In this document: positions 58,164 to 64,000 of the stretch, one piece after another | Layout of the letters: each line of letters opens with the position of its first letter | Position numbering within the stretch: the stretch's first letter is position 1 | Virus record (IMG/VR): IMGVR_UViG_3300043446_002035 | Strand: one strand, 5' to 3' | Source of the DNA: an uncultured virus (IMG/VR IMGVR_UViG_3300043446_002035) | Lineage: Duplodnaviria; Heunggongvirae; Uroviricota; Caudoviricetes | DNA length: 64,000 bases | The notes under the pieces: generated by a model | Databases searched by the model: none | What the model was told of the DNA's origin: nothing | The model's input: the letters and a program-made list of their open reading frames with translations, nothing else | Translations under genes and position numbers: made by a program

Positions 58164-58605
58164 CATATTAGGTAGAATAGGTGAAAAGATTGTTGTGAAC
58201 TATTTAAATAGTTTAGGACACAAAGTTCAGGAATCTATTGATCATTTCGATCACACAAAAGATATGATTGTTGATGGTAAACATATAGAGGTTAAAACAG
58301 AACAACCTTTTGTGGTAAAAAATGCTTTCACTTTTAGAGAAACACAGTTGAGAAAATGTCGTAATGTTGATGAACTGTATTTTGTTTCTATACCCCCTTT
58401 GATAAATCCAAAATACAAATGGGGTGGTTGGATTTTCAGTGCTAATCCTAAAACATTCGTTGAGAGTGAAAGATACACAACGAAGTTCGGTCATAAGATG
58501 GTAGTGATTCCAATTGAGCAAGAATCATTGATAGCGGTCAAGAAGTTGACTCAGGAAGAAATTCACGAACTTATGAAATATGCAGATTCAAGTTATAAAA
58601 AATGA
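58141..58605 (+). CDS. PD-(D/E)xK nuclease-like protein
   Basis: G..GEKIV...KDMIVDGKHIEVKT. Confidence 0.55.
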   Translation: MKHEQRIDILGRIGEKIVVNYLNSLGHKVQESIDHFDHTKDMIVDGKHIEVKTEQPFVVKNAFTFRETQLRKCRNVDELYFVSIPPLINPKYKWGGWIFSANPKTFVESERYTTKFGHKMVVIPIEQESLIAVKKLTQEEIHELMKYADSSYKK

Positions 58606-58988
58606 GCAATCCATTTGACTACGCCACAGCTATTCTACAAACCAAGAAACAACTTATTGTAGATGACCTGACTGAGAAGGACTACAATCCTTTTCTGGTC
58701 AACCGAGCCTTGTCTCAGCACAAAGACTGTCTAGCCTTTGCAAACGAGATGAATAGTAGGCACTACCTTGAAAAGAAGCTACAATTTGACTATTTACTAA
58801 ATACTGTCAGGTCTATGAAAAGACCATTTGCGAAGTGGGCTAAGTCTGAAAAAAACGATGATTTGGAATGTGTCAAACTGGTCTATGGCCTGTCCGATTC
58901 CAAAGCACGTGAGGCTTTGCGAATACTAAGCAAAGAACAAATCCAAAAACTAAAAGAAGAAACCCTAACGGGTGGGTTAAGGAAATGA
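58602..58988 (+). CDS. gp62: Clamp loader small subunit gp62
   Basis: YNPFLVNRALS, ANEMN, QFDYLLN, RPF.KW.K, YG.S..KA.EAL. Confidence 0.93.
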   Translation: MSNPFDYATAILQTKKQLIVDDLTEKDYNPFLVNRALSQHKDCLAFANEMNSRHYLEKKLQFDYLLNTVRSMKRPFAKWAKSEKNDDLECVKLVYGLSDSKAREALRILSKEQIQKLKEETLTGGLRK

Positions 58989-58989
58989 C

Positions 58990-59391
58990 ATGGTGGATAT
59001 ATCTAAGTTTGTTGAAGTTGTTCTTGTAGAAGAGGATGACTTTCTAAAAGTACGAGAGACACTAACAAGGATTGGTGTATCATCAAGAAAAGAAAGAGTA
59101 TTGTATCAGTCTTGCCACATATTGCACAAGCAAGGCAAATATTACATTGTACATTTCAAAGAGTTATTTGCATTAGACGGTAAACCATCAACAATTACCG
59201 AAAACGATATACAAAGACGTAACGCTATTGCCAATTTACTTGAAGAGTGGGGCTTGATTAAAGTTGTGAACTATGATATAATTGAAAACAACATGGCACC
59301 AATTCATCAAATTAAAATTATATCTTTCAAAGAGAAAGATGACTGGGAATTAGTTGCCAAATATAATATCGGTAAAAAGAAGAAAGAATAA
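58990..59391 (+). CDS. regA: Translational repressor RegA
   Basis: DDFLKVRETLTRIG, LYQSCHILHKQGKYYIVHFKELF.LDG. Confidence 0.97.
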   Translation: MVDISKFVEVVLVEEDDFLKVRETLTRIGVSSRKERVLYQSCHILHKQGKYYIVHFKELFALDGKPSTITENDIQRRNAIANLLEEWGLIKVVNYDIIENNMAPIHQIKIISFKEKDDWELVAKYNIGKKKKE

Positions 59392-59404
59392 ATGGTGAGT
59401 CATC

Positions 59405-59593
59405 ATGAGCAAAGTGAAAAACAATCCGATCAAACTAATAAATAAATACACTAAAGAAGAAGTGTATACTAGGGATTACGACAACGTGATTAAAGAAGGT
59501 AGTAACGAGTTTATTAAAGTCTTTAGTCAAAGTAATCCACAAAGAACTTATCTTGTCAACCGCACAGCATTTGTGGTTGCAAGTAAGTCGTGA
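59405..59593 (+). CDS. Small hypothetical protein
   Basis: 62-aa ORF filling the regA-hsp20 gap. Confidence 0.55.
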   Translation: MSKVKNNPIKLINKYTKEEVYTRDYDNVIKEGSNEFIKVFSQSNPQRTYLVNRTAFVVASKS

Positions 59594-59642
59594 TGCCTTC
59601 GGGGTCACGTAATTTAACTTGCTTAAAAAGGAGAAAACTATG
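59589..59642 (+). promoter_or_regulatory. ROSE-like structured leader of hsp20
   Basis: UUCG hairpin 59589-59609, then CUUGCU (59618-23) able to pair with SD AGGAG (59629-33) with a bulged G. Confidence 0.6.
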
Positions 59643-60119
59643 ACAGTAGGACGTATTGCTTTTGGACCATTGTTTCATCAGACACTTGGCTTTGAAAACT
59701 TTATTCGTGATGTAGAATCAATTCTGAATGAAACTAAACCAGTAAATAACTTTCCGCCACATAACATCATCAAAATAGATGATAATAAGTATGCGGTAGA
59801 ACTTGCTGTTGCTGGTTTCAGTAAAGATGAAATTGATATTCAGGTACAAGAAAATACATTGACTATCAAAGGTGAAAAGGTTGAAGGAACACCAAACTTG
59901 GAATATCTACATCGTGGTATTGGTACACGTTCTTTCACTAAGTCAATCACTATTGCTGACACCATTGAAGTAAAAGGTGCAGAATACAAAGATGGCATTC
60001 TACGCATTGGACTTGAGAACATCATTCCAGAGCATAAGAAACCACGTAAGATTGAGATTGGTAATGAACTCAAAACATTCCAGCCTCAACTTCTACAAGA
60101 AGAAAAGAAGGCTGCGTAA
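59640..60119 (+). CDS. hsp20: Small heat-shock protein (Hsp20/IbpA-like)
   Basis: FPPHNI, ELAVAGF, YLHRGIG.RSF, GA.YKDGIL.I.LE..IPE.KKPRKIEI. Confidence 0.94.
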   Translation: MTVGRIAFGPLFHQTLGFENFIRDVESILNETKPVNNFPPHNIIKIDDNKYAVELAVAGFSKDEIDIQVQENTLTIKGEKVEGTPNLEYLHRGIGTRSFTKSITIADTIEVKGAEYKDGILRIGLENIIPEHKKPRKIEIGNELKTFQPQLLQEEKKAA

Positions 60120-60121
60120 TG

Positions 60122-60143
60122 AGTGGGGCGCAAGCCCCACTTT
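60122..60143 (+). terminator. GC-rich hairpin (GCAA loop) after hsp20, probable terminator
   Basis: agtggggc-gcaa-gccccact, short T tail. Confidence 0.6.
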
Positions 60144-60152
60144 GAAGGATAC

Positions 60153-60731
60153 ATGATGAACAAAGACTTACGATCATACCTCAAAATCTATTCCGATTGG
60201 CTCACACCAGAAGTGTGCCAAGAGACTGTTGACGAACTAGAACTAGTAGAGGGTCAGTTTCAAACACATCAATTTTATGATTATCATAACAATTCCAATC
60301 ATTCGTATGAACACGAACTTGCCGTTACATGGTCAAATGTAAAACACAAAGAATACATTATGCAAAGAATTTGGGATGGTCTACAAAGATATCACCAAGA
60401 ACTTGCGGAATGGGGTTGCGATTGGTATGCCACTTGGCAAGGTTACACAGAAGTTCGTTTTAATCGATATCGTGAAAACACAAACATGAAACTTCATTGC
60501 GATCACATTCATTCAATGTTTGATGGTCAGCGCAAAGGTATACCAACACTCACTATTCTTGGTGGTTTAAATGGTGGCTATGAGGGTGGTGATCTGGTGT
60601 TTTGGCAAGATACACCCATAACTTTGAAGGCAGGTGAGATTATGATTTTCCCATCAAACTTTCTTTATCCACACAGAGTTGACTTAGTGACGAAAGGCAC
60701 ACGATACTCATACGTTTCTTGGACATGGTAA
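60153..60731 (+). CDS. 2OG-Fe(II) oxygenase (prolyl-hydroxylase-like)
   Basis: HCD...YEGGDL.F...G....FPS...PH.V..V.KG.RYS. Confidence 0.88.
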   Translation: MMNKDLRSYLKIYSDWLTPEVCQETVDELELVEGQFQTHQFYDYHNNSNHSYEHELAVTWSNVKHKEYIMQRIWDGLQRYHQELAEWGCDWYATWQGYTEVRFNRYRENTNMKLHCDHIHSMFDGQRKGIPTLTILGGLNGGYEGGDLVFWQDTPITLKAGEIMIFPSNFLYPHRVDLVTKGTRYSYVSWTW

Positions 60732-60895
60732 TGAAACCCAATCAAAATTTTAAAATGAAAAAAGACTTGAAGATTTTACTGTCAAGTCTTAAAGGTGAAC
60801 ATAAATTTGACTACAAACGTGAGATGATTCAAGCAATCATTGCACCACGTATTGAGTTCAAGAAGAAGAGAAAAGAAGAGACACAAGATGACTGA
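60731..60895 (+). CDS. Small basic hypothetical protein (54 aa, below ORF-track cutoff)
   Basis: MKPNQNFKMKKDLKILL...KKKRKEETQDD; overlaps both neighbours' stop/start, filling the gap exactly. Confidence 0.6.
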   Translation: MKPNQNFKMKKDLKILLSSLKGEHKFDYKREMIQAIIAPRIEFKKKRKEETQDD

Positions 60896-61703
60896 TCTAC
60901 TAATGGTAAGTCATTTTCATAAGGACTTTCCTTTTAATCACGAATCGTCTTGGTTGAAGGCTGCGTATGCTGGTAGTCATGCACCATATGGTTGGCATCC
61001 ACCGGGACCAGGTAATTGGATAAACACATCTCATCATAAGAGTGTGTATGAGTATCGTCATTATTATGGCACACGCAGTGAAGATGATTTTCTTCGTGCG
61101 TTAGGTCAACAAGCATCTGAATATTACTTGTGGAAACACGCACGTGCTGACTTCATCGGTTGTACAACATATCGTCGCTATCTTGACTTTAAAGGTGACT
61201 TAGACAGAAATGTGCTAAAAGCAGCAATGCCACCAACAAAAGAAAGTGCTGATTACATGGCTTCTGACGAACAGAAAGCAGCAGCACTGAAACTGCTTGA
61301 AACACATGATGCAATCACAAATCCAATTACGCCACTGCCTTATTCTGTTCGTACACAATACTTACATTCACAACCACCGGAATACCTGAATCTGTTTTTA
61401 GAGGGTATTGAAAAATTATTGCCAGACTACAGAGACAGTATGCAGTGGTGGGATGAGCATGGTGCAAGTTTTGAGACATGCTATGTCATGCGTAAACAAT
61501 TATTCAGAAAGTACGCATCTGAGTTATTCGAATTATTAGAATACGTGTGGCAAAATACAATCGCTGTATATCCAACACAACAGACAACATCTGAGCCTTT
61601 ACCTTGGCGTTATCCAGGATTTTTAGGCGAAAGATTTCTTCCATTCTTTTTACACGCTAACGGCGTAAACGTAGCTAGGGTACCACTTATCATTCTGGAA
61701 TAA
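60888..61703 (+). CDS. DUF4422-like glycosyltransferase-related protein
   Basis: E....WK....D.IG...YRRY, YVMRK.LF..Y...LF..L, R.PGFL.ER; ATG at 60888. Confidence 0.65.
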   Translation: MTDLLMVSHFHKDFPFNHESSWLKAAYAGSHAPYGWHPPGPGNWINTSHHKSVYEYRHYYGTRSEDDFLRALGQQASEYYLWKHARADFIGCTTYRRYLDFKGDLDRNVLKAAMPPTKESADYMASDEQKAAALKLLETHDAITNPITPLPYSVRTQYLHSQPPEYLNLFLEGIEKLLPDYRDSMQWWDEHGASFETCYVMRKQLFRKYASELFELLEYVWQNTIAVYPTQQTTSEPLPWRYPGFLGERFLPFFLHANGVNVARVPLIILE

Positions 61704-61755
61704 CCAGGATGATTTTTTCGTAGTGCCCTTGTATGCAAGTGAGTGCTTACTTATT

Positions 61756-62250
61756 ATGAAAGAAAAATACATAAAAGCCCATATGAAAGCGGCAAGTGTT
61801 TATGCTGAACTTTCTACAGCAAAAAGATTACAGGTAGGTTGTGTAATCGTCAAAGACAATACTATTATTGGTATTGGTTACAATGGTATGCCATCTGGTT
61901 GGGACAACAATTGTGAAGAACTTGAATATGTGTTAAAATCCGAATGTCAGCAAAGTGACAAATTCATGTTGCATAATGGTTATACTGAAACTGCACATGG
62001 ATGGTCAAAATTGCACTCTAAGCCAGAAGTGCTTCATGCCGAATCAAACTGTCTTGCGAAAGTTTCTCGGTCAACAAACTCAAGTGAAGGGGCAACAATG
62101 TTTATTACCCACGCACCGTGCTTGGAATGTGCTAAAATGATATATCAGTCAGGAATCAAGGAGGTCTATTTCAAAGAAACCTACAGAAGTGAATCGGGTA
62201 TTGAATTTTTGAAAAAATGTGATGTTAAAGTTATTCAATGTAAGGAGTAA
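61756..62250 (+). CDS. cd: dCMP deaminase
   Basis: VGCVIVKD..II..GYNG.P, HAE.N, PCLEC. Confidence 0.92.
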   Translation: MKEKYIKAHMKAASVYAELSTAKRLQVGCVIVKDNTIIGIGYNGMPSGWDNNCEELEYVLKSECQQSDKFMLHNGYTETAHGWSKLHSKPEVLHAESNCLAKVSRSTNSSEGATMFITHAPCLECAKMIYQSGIKEVYFKETYRSESGIEFLKKCDVKVIQCKE

Positions 62251-62253
62251 GTT

Positions 62254-62484
62254 ATGAGTAATATTACAAAAGTGGCTAAACAACTGGCTGAAACAAACAC
62301 TAAACTTCCTAAAGCATACAAGTATGATCTTGTAATGCGTGAGTTTGATGACAAGGTTGAATTAATTGGTCTTGTTGATGACCCAACATATGACATTGCC
62401 GACTTTGTTGGCCGTGAAATGTTATTTCCAAAAAAGTGGGTAACACTTGATGTTTATGAACCATCTACAAAGGTAACAGTATGA
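62254..62484 (+). CDS. Hypothetical protein
   Basis: 76 aa with strong RBS AAGGAG. Confidence 0.6.
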   Translation: MSNITKVAKQLAETNTKLPKAYKYDLVMREFDDKVELIGLVDDPTYDIADFVGREMLFPKKWVTLDVYEPSTKVTV

Positions 62485-62786
62485 GTGAAATAGTTTGTAT
62501 TACATTTAAAACACATCAAACAATTATTGGTGAAGTCACTGAACAAGGTGACGATATTGTAGTAAAAAATCCTATGCAAGTCATTGCTGTGCCACCACGT
62601 GCTGCAAATGATCCTGGTGGTGTTGGTTTTGCACCATATCTTGCTTATGTTGAAGAGTTTGACAAAGGCATCAAATTCAAGTATGATGATATTTTAACAG
62701 TCAATACGCCTGTGACCGATTTACTATCTCAATACAGAAAAATGTTCAGTCGCATTGAGATAGCGCCACCAGGTCTTAAACTTTAA
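62481..62786 (+). CDS. Conserved T4-like hypothetical protein (Sm-like pattern)
   Basis: IIGEV......VKNP....GFAPY...Y..MF; usual position before gp43. Confidence 0.65.
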   Translation: MSEIVCITFKTHQTIIGEVTEQGDDIVVKNPMQVIAVPPRAANDPGGVGFAPYLAYVEEFDKGIKFKYDDILTVNTPVTDLLSQYRKMFSRIEIAPPGLKL

Positions 62787-64000
62787 TGTCAAAATATTAT
62801 ACAAATGTTTGTGTCCACGGCAATAACATTCTTTTTCGTGGAGTAAACAATGGGCGGAGAGTAAAGAGCAAAGTCAAATACTCTCCGTCTTTGTTTGTGC
62901 AATCTAACAAACCATCTCAGTGGCGTTCATTGTTCAATGAGCCATTGGAACCTATGACTTTTGATACCATTCGGGAGGCACGTGATTTTGTCAAACGTTA
63001 TGAAGACATTGCAAACTTTAAAATCTACGGCAATACACGCTATGAATACGCCTTCATTGCTGACAATTTTAGAGGCATTATTGATTGGGATATTTCTCAT
63101 CTCTCTGTCGTATTCATAGACATTGAGGTCGGTTCAGAAAATGGATTTCCCGATCCATACAAGGCCACTGAGCCTATTACAGCAATCGCTATTCATCAAT
63201 TGAACGGCGGTACTACAGTTTATGGTTGTGGTGATTATGAGGTAAAAGGTGAAGAAACATACATTCGTTGTGAAGATGAAATCGATCTGTGTGAACGGTT
63301 TATTGCTGACTGGTCAAGTAATTGGCCTGACGTTGTTACTGGTTGGAATATCAAGTTCTTTGATGTTCCTTACCTTGTCAATCGGTTTAAACGTTTATTT
63401 GGGGATGATGCAGTAAATAAGTTGTCGCCATGGTCAGTCTATTCAGAAAGAAAGACCATGTTCAAAGGCAAAGAACAAACTGTTTATGATTTGATTGGCA
63501 TTTCTGTTCTTGACTATCTTGAACTGTATCAATGGTATGCGCCAGGTGGTAAAAACGCCGAGAACTATCGTCTTGATACAATTGCAAGTGTAGAACTTGG
63601 TGAAAGCAAACTATCGTATGATGAATATGATAATCTACATCAACTTTATAAACTTGACCATCAGAAGTTTATTGAGTATAACATCAAAGATGTACACCTG
63701 ATTCTGAAGTTAGAAGACAAACTAAAACTAATTGAACTTGCACTTACTCTGGCATATGACACAAAGTGTAACTATGATGATGTGTTTGCACAAACAAGAA
63801 TGTGGGATGCACTAATCTACAACTATCTACTAGAAAAAAAGATTGTTGTGCCACCACGCCGTGTTGCAAAGAAGAGTGAAGCATTTGAAGGTGCATATGT
63901 CAAAGAACCACAAATTGGCTTACACAATTGGGTTGCATCGTTTGACTTGAACAGTCTGTATCCGCATTTGATTATGCAATACAATATCTCACCCGAAACT
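62786..64000 (+). CDS. gp43: Family B DNA polymerase gp43 (runs off window end; not in ORF track)
   Basis: ATG 62786 MSKYYTNV; ExoI DIEV...GFP, ExoII TGWNI.FFD.PY, ExoIII YNIKDV, Pol region SFDLNSLYP. Confidence 0.96.
   Translation, partial: MSKYYTNVCVHGNNILFRGVNNGRRVKSKVKYSPSLFVQSNKPSQWRSLFNEPLEPMTFDTIREARDFVKRYEDIANFKIYGNTRYEYAFIADNFRGIIDWDISHLSVVFIDIEVGSENGFPDPYKATEPITAIAIHQLNGGTTVYGCGDYEVKGEETYIRCEDEIDLCERFIADWSSNWPDVVTGWNIKFFDVPYLVNRFKRLFGDDAVNKLSPWSVYSERKTMFKGKEQTVYDLIGISVLDYLELYQWYAPGGKNAENYRLDTIASVELGESKLSYDEYDNLHQLYKLDHQKFIEYNIKDVHLILKLEDKLKLIELALTLAYDTKCNYDDVFAQTRMWDALIYNYLLEKKIVVPPRRVAKKSEAFEGAYVKEPQIGLHNWVASFDLNSLYPHLIMQYNISPET

Noticed and set aside
61704..61755. Small hairpins upstream of dCMP deaminase
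   Set aside because: Stems of only 4-6 bp, not distinguishable from chance
994..62140. Numerous minus-strand and nested short ORFs in the ORF track
   Set aside because: They lie within well-supported + strand genes, lack recognisable motifs, and are the expected shadows of biased codon usage
21844..64000. Introns, inteins or stop-codon recoding in core genes
   Set aside because: gp17, gp20, gp23, uvsW, gp46 and the visible part of gp43 are continuous and of normal length under the standard code; no intein signatures noticed
1..64000. tRNA or rRNA genes
   Set aside because: Intergenic gaps are short and accounted for by promoters and terminators; no cloverleaf recognised by eye (a covariance-model scan would be definitive)

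Overview
A 64-kb segment of an AT-rich T4-like myophage genome. All credible genes are on the + strand. 1-21.8 kb is an elaborate tail-fibre/appendage region of repeat-rich stalk proteins, three paralogous small adaptor-like proteins, two large tip-like proteins, chaperones and a 1770-aa Ala/Asn heptad fibre. 21.8-36.8 kb is the T4 core morphogenesis block (gp13-gp23, gp3) with a Dps gene inserted between the terminase subunits. 36.8-64 kb holds recombination, transcription and replication genes (uvsY, uvsW, gp55, gp47, gp46, gp45, gp44, gp62, regA, dCMP deaminase, partial gp43). Accessory genes there include a six-gene unusual-sugar cassette (B12 radical SAM, split transketolase-like pair, GHMP sugar kinase, His-type PLP 3-dehydratase, SDR epimerase), peptide deformylase, a DruA/DUF4338-like gene, a vWA/MoxR pair behind perfect sigma70 promoters, Hsp20 with a ROSE-like leader and glycosyltransferase-like genes. 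Best candidates for undescribed systems: the sugar cassette (possibly linked to Asn-rich virion proteins), an apparent peptide-and-adaptor scheme for branched fibre assembly, and an H-type pseudoknot leader in an early promoter/terminator cluster. All family calls come from motif recognition by eye and T4-like synteny; no searches were run, and the host cannot be determined.
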